DNA of 64,000 nucleotides from Oscillospiraceae bacterium (lineage in GTDB: Bacteria > Bacillota > Clostridia > Oscillospirales > Oscillospiraceae): NCBI GenBank assembly GCA_022794215.1, contig JAAWEH010000028.1, forward strand, positions 2,636-66,635, in the 5' to 3' direction. The notes under the pieces were generated by a model. It saw only the letters and a program-made list of their open reading frames with translations, was not told where the DNA came from and searched no databases. Shown piece after piece: positions 39,667 through 47,351 of the stretch (the first letter of the stretch is position 1; each line of letters opens with the position of its first letter). The position numbers were made by a program, and so were the translations under genes.

Positions 39667-40203
39667 TCACTCCGGCGATCCAGTCAGATCCTTCACCATC
39701 AGGATACCATGCCACCCCATCCCGTAGCAGTTGGGGAGAAACCCCATGGGCCGGAAGCCCTGCTCCCGGAAAAAGTCATAGTGTTCCCGCCCCAGGGACC
39801 GCAGCTCCGCCAGCTCCCGGGCCGGGTCATCGATGGGCCTTCCGTGACAGGATATCCCTGTGGAGGTGATGATATATTTCAGGTTTCGAAAGCCTTTCTT
39901 CCTTGCGTGAGCCTCGGCGTGGCGCAGCAGCGGCTCCAGAGGCTCCTCCATGGAAAAGCGGCCCTGGTCGTCATAGCCCAGGTTCTCAATGGAAAGGCAG
40001 GAGTAGCCTTCATACTCGGCACACAGCAACCAGCCCCGGGGGCTGTCCGCCTCCCCTATGTACCAGCCCACCAGCCGGGAGAGCAGTTTCTCATTCTGGA
40101 GCTGCTCGAAAGCCCCGGCATAGTCCCACCAGTCCGGCTTGATGGCGGCCATGAGCCGGGCCACCGCGCCCACGCTGGCGCTGTCAATGGGATAGATGTT
40201 CAC
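39667..40203 (-). CDS. Putative GNAT-fold protein
   Basis: GTG start after AAGGAGG; LL..AE..AR..G and H.DFF...GF..G.LPN.YG patterns resemble the GNAT C-terminal half. Confidence 0.55.
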   Translation of the reverse strand: MNIYPIDSASVGAVARLMAAIKPDWWDYAGAFEQLQNEKLLSRLVGWYIGEADSPRGWLLCAEYEGYSCLSIENLGYDDQGRFSMEEPLEPLLRHAEAHARKKGFRNLKYIITSTGISCHGRPIDDPARELAELRSLGREHYDFFREQGFRPMGFLPNCYGMGWHGILMVKDLTGSPE

Positions 40204-40249
40204 GTCCCCATCTCCTCCTTTCCCTGACAGATGACCATGAACCGCTTTT

Positions 40250-41011
40250 TCACCCCATATCCCCCAGCAGGAAGGGCACAAAGTAGGCCGCCTGCTTATA
40301 CCACCAGTCCCAGTCGTGCTTTACATCATAGCCCCAGACATCCACCCAAAGGTCGATCCCCTTCTCCCGGCAGATATCCCCCATGCGGAAGGTGGTCTCA
40401 GGAACTTCCCAGTCCCCCTGGCCCACACAGATGATGCCCCGGTTCCGGTTATACCGGGCGATAAAGGGGTGACCGGCAGGCATATCCGCCAGATAGTGGA
40501 CGGGAGAATTGCGGTAAACCACCTCGTCCATGTAATCTCCGAACCCATATTCGGCGGTGTAGATCCCGCTGAGGGCCAGCAGGCCGTCAAAGAGGTCGGG
40601 GAAGCGGAAATAGAGGTTGGCCGCGTGGGTAGCCCCCAGGCTGCACCCAAAAACGGCGATGCCGGGATAGCCTGTCCACCCGTTCCTCTCATTGGCCATC
40701 CCTCGAATGAAGGGCACCATCTCCCGGGTGATATAATCGATCCACTGCTCATACCGCCGGATGCGCCAATAGGGGTCTCCCCCCTTGTCCGACCAGCTCT
40801 CCAGATCCATGGTGTCGATGGAGAACACCATCACCTGCCCCGACTCGATCCAGGGGGCCCACACATCGGTCATCTTGAAATTCTCAAAATCGAAAAACCG
40901 CCCATCCTGACAAGGGATGAACAGCACCGGCCTGCCGGCGTGTCCATAGACCTTGCACTCCATCTCCCGGCCCAGGGCGGGGCTGTATTCCTTGAAATAC
41001 TGGGTTTCCAT
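40250..41011 (-). CDS. Alpha/beta-hydrolase esterase family protein
   Basis: YGHAG.P, GCSLG nucleophile elbow, HDWDWW. Confidence 0.88.
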   Translation of the reverse strand: METQYFKEYSPALGREMECKVYGHAGRPVLFIPCQDGRFFDFENFKMTDVWAPWIESGQVMVFSIDTMDLESWSDKGGDPYWRIRRYEQWIDYITREMVPFIRGMANERNGWTGYPGIAVFGCSLGATHAANLYFRFPDLFDGLLALSGIYTAEYGFGDYMDEVVYRNSPVHYLADMPAGHPFIARYNRNRGIICVGQGDWEVPETTFRMGDICREKGIDLWVDVWGYDVKHDWDWWYKQAAYFVPFLLGDMG

Positions 41012-41128
41012 GCCGTCCCCTCTCTCCCCTCCCCCACCGGGAGGGGCCAAAGTTTTTAACAGTTTAACACAGCAAAGTGCAAAATGCAACAGGCAAAAAG
41101 AGAGACCGGGCCCTCCCGGTCTCTCCCG

Positions 41129-41896
41129 TCACTCCAGGCCGTAGAGCAGAACCCCCATGAAAAAGGGGATCTGCTTCTCCCAACTAGCCTCGTTGTGGTT
41201 CCCACCCGGCACGATGCGGGCGGTGAGATCCACCTTCCGCTCCAGCAGCAGGTCGGTGACATGGCGGAACTGCCCCGCCATCTCCGGGTGGAACCCCAGT
41301 TCCCGGGCCCCGTAGTCCATATAGATGGCGGTGTCCGTCTTGATCCGGGCCGAGCGCAGCATGGAATTCAGCTTCTCCCGCCCAAACCAGATGGAGGGGG
41401 ACAAAGCGGCGGCGCGGGAGAAAACCTTGTTGTATTTCATCACGGCGTAGAGGCTCATGAGCCCTCCCATGGAGCTTCCCGCGATGAAGGTGTGCTCCCG
41501 GTCGGGAAGGGTGGGAAAATTTTCGTCGATAAAGGGCTTGAACTCCCCCACCAGCCAGTCCATGGTGGCCTTTCCCTTCCCTGTCAGCCGCCCCACACCC
41601 GGCATTTCACAGGAGTAGGGACAGTATTCCTTCAGCCGTCCGTGGTTGGGGTCGTGGTTGCACTCCACTGCCGCAATAATCAGCGGAGTCTGGGTCTGCT
41701 CCATATAGTCCAGAAGCCCCCAGCTCTTGCCGTAGGTGGCCTCCTGGTCAAAAAACAGGTTGTGTCCGTCGAACATATACAGCACCGGCAGGCGGATGGC
41801 CCCATCCCCCCCACAGAAGTCGGGCACATATACATAGGCCCGGCGGGGCGTGTCCCCCGTCAAGGCCGGAATCGTGACGTCCCAGGTTTCGAGCAT
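41129..41896 (-). CDS. Alpha/beta-hydrolase esterase (IroE/YbbA-like)
   Basis: PVLYMFDGHN, GSSMGG, HNEASW. Confidence 0.88.
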   Translation of the reverse strand: MLETWDVTIPALTGDTPRRAYVYVPDFCGGDGAIRLPVLYMFDGHNLFFDQEATYGKSWGLLDYMEQTQTPLIIAAVECNHDPNHGRLKEYCPYSCEMPGVGRLTGKGKATMDWLVGEFKPFIDENFPTLPDREHTFIAGSSMGGLMSLYAVMKYNKVFSRAAALSPSIWFGREKLNSMLRSARIKTDTAIYMDYGARELGFHPEMAGQFRHVTDLLLERKVDLTARIVPGGNHNEASWEKQIPFFMGVLLYGLE

Positions 41897-41982
41897 GGTT
41901 TCCTGATCCCTTCCTTTCCAACGTTCGTTTCAGTATAGCACAGCAAATTGGAAAAGGCAATCAGCGCTGGAAACCATTGCAT

Positions 41983-42011
41983 TTGCAAAAAGGTTACAAA
42001 ACGGTTACAAT
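41983..42011 (+). promoter_or_regulatory. Sigma-A promoter overlapped by a WalR-type direct repeat
   Basis: TTGCAA-N17-TACAAT; the reverse strand reads TGTAAC-N5-TGTAAC (41993-42009). Confidence 0.5.
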
Positions 42012-42055
42012 TTTTACAGTCCCTTCCGGGAACTCTAAATTGTGAGGTGTTTGCT

Positions 42056-42670
42056 ATGAAGTTCCAAAAACGGGCTTTGGCCCTGGCCTGCGCCACATTG
42101 CTCAGCGCTTCCCTTCTCGTCCCCGGCGCCCAGGCCGCCCTGACCCATACGGTGGTCTCCGGGGACACCATGTGGAAACTGGCGGTAAAATATGAGGTGG
42201 GCACCAGCGAGATCATCACCGCCAATCCACAGGTGGCAAATCCCGATCTCATTTATCCCGGCGACAAGCTGAACATCCCTCAGCTTGACCAGACAGTGCT
42301 CTCCTATGAGGCCGAGGTGGTGCGCCTGGTGAACGCCATCCGCCGGGAAAACGGGCTGGGAGAGCTGACCCTGAACTGGGAGCTGAGCCGGGTGGCCCGG
42401 TACAAGTCCCAGGACATGGTGGACAAGCGTTACTTCTCCCACACCAGCCCTACTTACGGCAGTCCCTTCCAGATGATGCGGGCCTTTGGGCTCTCTTACC
42501 GCTACGCCGCGGAGAACATTGCCTACGGCTACTCCTCCCCCCAGGCGGTGGTAAACGGGTGGATGAATTCAGCGGGACACCGGGCCAACATTCTCAATGC
42601 CAACTTCACACAGATCGGCGTGGGGTATGTCTCCCAGGGCCACTACTGGACTCAGATGTTTTTGGGCTGA
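42056..42670 (+). CDS. Secreted LysM + CAP/SCP domain protein (SafA/YkwD-like)
   Basis: Signal peptide AQA; LysM HTVVSGDTMW..NP..IYPG; CAP YFSHTSPTYG, ENIA, WMNSAGHRANIL. Confidence 0.9.
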   Translation: MKFQKRALALACATLLSASLLVPGAQAALTHTVVSGDTMWKLAVKYEVGTSEIITANPQVANPDLIYPGDKLNIPQLDQTVLSYEAEVVRLVNAIRRENGLGELTLNWELSRVARYKSQDMVDKRYFSHTSPTYGSPFQMMRAFGLSYRYAAENIAYGYSSPQAVVNGWMNSAGHRANILNANFTQIGVGYVSQGHYWTQMFLG

Positions 42671-42737
42671 TGGCCGTTGCATTCCGCCCCAAACCATGGT
42701 ACTCTTATCCTATCCACACCAAAAGGAGAGTACCGCC

Positions 42738-43802
42738 ATGAATCCCTTGCGCCTGGATACCGCCATTCTTTCTGCCGATGGGAAAGAACTGATCATTCTG
42801 GACCAGACCCTATTGCCCGGCAAGGTAAAATACCTTTCCCTTTCCCGGATCGACGACATTTGGGAGGCCATCTATTCTCTCCGGGTTCGGGGCGCCCCCG
42901 CCATCGGCGTGGCCGCCGCCTACGGCGTCTATCTTACCTCCGCTCAACTGGAGACCCAGGATATGGCCGCCTTCTGCGCCCACTTCCGCACCCAGAAGGA
43001 CCGCCTCAGCTCCGCCCGCCCCACCGCCGTCAATCTCTCCTGGGCCCTCAACCGGATGGAGCAGGTGCTAGAGGAAAACAAAGCCCTCCTCACCGTCCCT
43101 CAGATGAAGGAGCGCCTGAAGGCCGAGGCCCACGCCATTCGGGAGGAGGACGTCGCCATCAGCCGCGGCATCGGCCAATACGGTTTCCAGCTCCTCCGCC
43201 CCGGCGACGGCATCCTGACCCACTGCAACGCCGGCACCCTGGCCACCGCCAAATACGGCACCGCCCTGGCCCCGGTCTATATTGCCCTGGAGCAGGGCTG
43301 GAGTGACCTGCGGGTCTACTGTGACGAAACCCGCCCTCTTCTCCAGGGCGCCCGCTTGTCCGCCTTTGAAATGCACTCCGCCGGGGTGGACACTACCCTC
43401 CTGTGCGACAATATGGCCTCCTACGCCATGGCCCGGGGGCTTATCGACATCATATTCGTGGGCTGTGACCGGGTCTCCGCCAACGGGGATTTCGCCAACA
43501 AGATCGGCACCAGCGCCGTGGCGATCCTGGCCAAGCACTACGGCATCCCCTTCTATGTCTGCGCCCCCTCCTCCACCATTGACCCCTCCATCCCTGACGG
43601 AGCCCACATTCCCATCGAGGAGCGCCCCGGCAGCGAGGTCACCGAAATGTGGTATGAAAAGCGGATGGCGCCGGAGGGAATCAAGGTTCTGAATCCCGCC
43701 TTCGATGTCACCGACCATCGGCTCATCACAGGCTTTATCACCGAAAAAGGGGTGGTGACCGCCCCCTTTTTCGAGGGCTTCCAGGCCCTGGGCCTGTGCT
43801 GA
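42738..43802 (+). CDS. mtnA: Methylthioribose-1-phosphate isomerase
   Basis: LDQTLLP, VRGAPAIG, RPTAVNL, THCNAG, ETRPLLQG, NKIGT, NPAFDVT. Confidence 0.95.
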   Translation: MNPLRLDTAILSADGKELIILDQTLLPGKVKYLSLSRIDDIWEAIYSLRVRGAPAIGVAAAYGVYLTSAQLETQDMAAFCAHFRTQKDRLSSARPTAVNLSWALNRMEQVLEENKALLTVPQMKERLKAEAHAIREEDVAISRGIGQYGFQLLRPGDGILTHCNAGTLATAKYGTALAPVYIALEQGWSDLRVYCDETRPLLQGARLSAFEMHSAGVDTTLLCDNMASYAMARGLIDIIFVGCDRVSANGDFANKIGTSAVAILAKHYGIPFYVCAPSSTIDPSIPDGAHIPIEERPGSEVTEMWYEKRMAPEGIKVLNPAFDVTDHRLITGFITEKGVVTAPFFEGFQALGLC

Positions 43803-43858
43803 TCCCACCCCTTTCCGCCAAAGCAGGGCGGGCGTCCAAAAAGACGCCCGCCCTGCTC

Positions 43859-45124
43859 TTATTCTCTCTCCTCCCGGTACTGCTGCGGGGTTTTCCCGGT
43901 GTGCTTTTTAAAGGTATCGGAAAAATACCGCCGGCCTCCAAAGCCGCAGAGCCGGGCCACCTCTCCCACCGCCATCTCCGAATCCTTCAAAAGCTCCTTG
44001 GCCCTGCAGATCCGGGTCCAGGTCTGGTACTGCTTCACCGTCTGCCCCGTCTGTTGGTGGAAGATCTTACTCAAATGGGTGGGGGCTGTGTTGGCATACT
44101 CCGCCATGTCCGAGAGGGAGATGTCCTCCATAATGTGAACATGGATGTAATAGGCCGCCCGGATCACACTGCTGCTGCAAGGTCTGGCCGCCGCCACCGC
44201 CCTGCATAGCCGCTCAAAGACCGGCAAAAGCGCGTGGAAGCACTCCTCAATGGTGATGTAGTTTCTTCCCTCGCATACATCCGCCAGCTCCCCCCGCCCG
44301 GGAATGTTGTATACCGTATATCGAATGTGAAGAAAATTTTTGATATAGGAAAGGCTGTCCGCCACCAGCCCGAAATCGAAGCTTCGCTTCAGGCTGTGGA
44401 GAAACAACTGCTCCAAACAGTCTTTGCAGGCCTGGAAATCCCCCTGTCCGGCAGCGTTTGCCAAGCGGTGACACTGGCTTGTCACAATCTCATAATCGGC
44501 GCTGTTGCGCAGCTCTGCAATGGACTCTCCCGTCAGAACATCCCCGCTCATCCGAAAAAAGGACAGGTCATTGAGCGCCCTGGCCTGCAGATATCCTCCC
44601 CGGATCCCCTCAAACCCACTGAGCGCATCGGACAGGGCCGTAGTGTTGCAGTAGCGTGTATCCCCCCGGAAAATGGTCTGCTGATAGATCTGCTCCGCCA
44701 GATCCCCAAGCCCCCGGGCCAGCTCCTCCGGCGTACAGGTCGGCTCTCCCGTTTCCCGCCGGCCAAAGACCACCGCCACCTGCTTGATGTCCTCCGCCAT
44801 CACCATGAATACATTTCCCCGGTATCCTCTGCGCTCCAGCTCCGCCTCCGCCATCATGCGGATGCGGTCATAGATCTCCAGATAGTCTCCCGCATCCCAG
44901 CCATAAACGCCGTAATAGATCTGTTTTTTCAGTCCTGTCAGGCAAAACCAAAACTGCTCCAGGGAAAAGTCCAGCTCTGTCCGGCACCAGCTCAGGATCC
45001 CTCTGCTGTTCTTTTCCGGATGATTGTGGATACACTCGTTCATCGCGGTGGTATACAGGTATCCCTTGGCTATGTGGTACTCCTCCATCTCCTGTTTCTT
45101 GGGGTCGCTCCCAAAATAGGGCAT
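43859..45124 (-). CDS. AraC-family transcriptional regulator with a large N-terminal sensor
   Basis: C-terminal double HTH (HLSKIF..TG, RAKELL, CGF...YFS..FKK.TG.TP.QYR). Confidence 0.88.
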   Translation of the reverse strand: MPYFGSDPKKQEMEEYHIAKGYLYTTAMNECIHNHPEKNSRGILSWCRTELDFSLEQFWFCLTGLKKQIYYGVYGWDAGDYLEIYDRIRMMAEAELERRGYRGNVFMVMAEDIKQVAVVFGRRETGEPTCTPEELARGLGDLAEQIYQQTIFRGDTRYCNTTALSDALSGFEGIRGGYLQARALNDLSFFRMSGDVLTGESIAELRNSADYEIVTSQCHRLANAAGQGDFQACKDCLEQLFLHSLKRSFDFGLVADSLSYIKNFLHIRYTVYNIPGRGELADVCEGRNYITIEECFHALLPVFERLCRAVAAARPCSSSVIRAAYYIHVHIMEDISLSDMAEYANTAPTHLSKIFHQQTGQTVKQYQTWTRICRAKELLKDSEMAVGEVARLCGFGGRRYFSDTFKKHTGKTPQQYREERE

Positions 45125-45341
45125 TGTCGGCCTCTCCTTCCAGTGTTGATCCCGCACACGCCTGCCCCCGGCATATCGGCCCGGGTTCTATTTATGAGTA
45201 TTGTAACATACCTTTTCCTTCCATGGGGAACTTTTTTAAGGAAAACACAAAAATATATCACTTGTTAATTTTTTCACTTTCCGATATAATTTCCCCGTCC
45301 GGATAGTTCCGGATCGGATCATGAGAATGAGGAGGATCAAC

Positions 45342-47264
45342 ATGAAAAAAACCATCGCACTTTCCCTTGCCGCAGCCCTCAGTCTGTCTCTGCTCTCGGG
45401 TTGCTCCACTCCCACCCCCGCTCCCTCGGCTCAGCCCTCTCAGCCTGCCGCGGAGAGCTATACTTACGCCGACACCGTTGCCTGGGACGGTCAGTATGAC
45501 GTGGTCGTCATCGGCTTTGGCGGTGCCGGCGCCGTGGCCTCCAGCACCGCCGCTGATGAAGGCGCCCGGGTTCTGCTCGTGGAGAAGGCCCCTGAAGGCG
45601 AAGAGGGCGGTAATACCCGGGTCTGTGGTCAGATGTTTGTCTACGGTGCCGAGGATGAGGAGGGCACCTACGAATACTATAAGGCCCTGGCCGGTCAGCA
45701 CGAGATCCCCGAGGCCCTGCTCCGGGTTTACACCCAGAAGATCGCCCACATGTACGATCTGGTGGAGGATCTCACCGGCATCCCCCAGAGCGAGTATCAC
45801 GATTGGACCGGCACCCTTCTGGGCGGCATGTCCCCTGAGTACCCTGAGTTCCCCAACGCCGAGAAGATCAGCCTCAACGCCCTGCACGAGGGCTACAGCG
45901 ACGGCTACCTCTGGCAGACCCTTCGGGCTCTGGTCACTGATCGGGCTGATAAGATCGACGTGTGGTTCGAGTCTCCCGCCGTCCATCTCATCCAGGATCC
46001 CGACTCCAAGACCATCCTGGGCGTCCAGGTGGAGCGGGGCGGAAAAATCCTGAACATCCGTGCCACCAACGGTGTGGTCATGGCCTGCGGCGGCTTTGAG
46101 AACAACGAAGAGATGGTGGCCAACTACCTTGGCCTCACCGACTTTGGCGTCATTGGCGGCCTCTATAACACCGGCGACGGCGTTCGCATGGCCCAGGAGG
46201 TCGGCGCCGACCTGTGGCACATGGAGGCCTACGAGGGCATCGGCAACGTGGCCGGCACCAGCATCGCCGTTCCCGACGACCAGCACGCCAGCATCTACTC
46301 CACCTATCTCATGAGTTCCGGCGCCTCCATCGTGGTGGCCGGCGACGGCAACCGCTACTTTGACGAGGGCGAGTCCCCCCGCCACGGTCATGTTCAACTG
46401 GGCGACGCTTGGGTCAACATCCGCCGTCCCCTGCGCTCCTATGTGATCTGTGACGAGGCCGTCTATACCAAGTCCATGGGCGCCGGCTTCATCCCCGAGT
46501 ACGCTCTGAACATCCAGCACGCCAGCAGCATCGCTGAACTGGCCGCCCTCATCGACGTGGACGCCGACGCCCTCACCGCCACGGTAGAGCGCTTCAACGG
46601 CTATGCCGCCAATGGCTATGATCCTGAGTTTGGCCGCAGCGCCGCCACTATGAGCGCCTTTGCCGGTAACAGCTTCTACGCCATCGAAGCCAACGCCAAC
46701 ATCCTCAACACCCAGGGCGGCCCCCGCCGCAACGAGAACGCCGAGGTGCTGGGCCTGGATGGCAACCCCATCCCCCACCTCTACTCCGCCGGCGAGCTGG
46801 GCGGCATCACCGCCTTCCAGTACCAGGGCGGCGGCAACATTGCCGAGTGCATCATCTTCGGCCAGATCGCCGGCCAGAACGCTGCGGCCAGCAAGGGCGA
46901 GCTCGGCAATTATGAGGCCGCCAAGCCCGTGGAGTCCAACCTGGTCTACACCCCCGGCGTGGAGAGCGACCTGGGCAAGGGTGCTCCCCAGATCACCCTG
47001 GGTGACAACGAGTACCTGGGCTCCAGCCCCAACGGCATGGGCGGCAATGTTTACGTGAAGGTCACCATGGACGGCGACAAGATCGCCGCCGTGGAAGTGG
47101 TTCAGCACGCTGAGACCGAAGGCATCTCCGATCCCGCTCTGGCCCAGGTTCCCACCGCCATTGTGGAGGCCAACTCTACCGAGGTGGACAATGTCTCCGG
47201 CGCTACCATCACCAGCAAGGCCATCAAGGAAGCCGTGGCCGATGCCCTGTCTCAGGTGAAATAA
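45342..47264 (+). CDS. Lipoprotein flavocytochrome-c/FrdA-like FAD oxidoreductase with a C-terminal flavinylated FMN-binding domain
   Basis: Lipobox LSGC; DVVVIGFGGAG, ACGGF, NTGDG, TQGG, LYSAGE; FMN_bind domain with DNVSGATITS. Confidence 0.9.
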   Translation: MKKTIALSLAAALSLSLLSGCSTPTPAPSAQPSQPAAESYTYADTVAWDGQYDVVVIGFGGAGAVASSTAADEGARVLLVEKAPEGEEGGNTRVCGQMFVYGAEDEEGTYEYYKALAGQHEIPEALLRVYTQKIAHMYDLVEDLTGIPQSEYHDWTGTLLGGMSPEYPEFPNAEKISLNALHEGYSDGYLWQTLRALVTDRADKIDVWFESPAVHLIQDPDSKTILGVQVERGGKILNIRATNGVVMACGGFENNEEMVANYLGLTDFGVIGGLYNTGDGVRMAQEVGADLWHMEAYEGIGNVAGTSIAVPDDQHASIYSTYLMSSGASIVVAGDGNRYFDEGESPRHGHVQLGDAWVNIRRPLRSYVICDEAVYTKSMGAGFIPEYALNIQHASSIAELAALIDVDADALTATVERFNGYAANGYDPEFGRSAATMSAFAGNSFYAIEANANILNTQGGPRRNENAEVLGLDGNPIPHLYSAGELGGITAFQYQGGGNIAECIIFGQIAGQNAAASKGELGNYEAAKPVESNLVYTPGVESDLGKGAPQITLGDNEYLGSSPNGMGGNVYVKVTMDGDKIAAVEVVQHAETEGISDPALAQVPTAIVEANSTEVDNVSGATITSKAIKEAVADALSQVK

Positions 47265-47310
47265 TTCTTCTGTTTTCCTCGAAAAGAAGAAAAATTGTAT
47301 TGGAAAAGTT

Positions 47311-47351
47311 CAAAAAAGGTGGCGGCAGGTCAATCCTGCCGCCACCTTTTT
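47311..47351. terminator. Bidirectional terminator
   Basis: AAAAAGGTGGCGGCAGG-TCAAT-CCTGCCGCCACCTTTTT. Confidence 0.8.
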
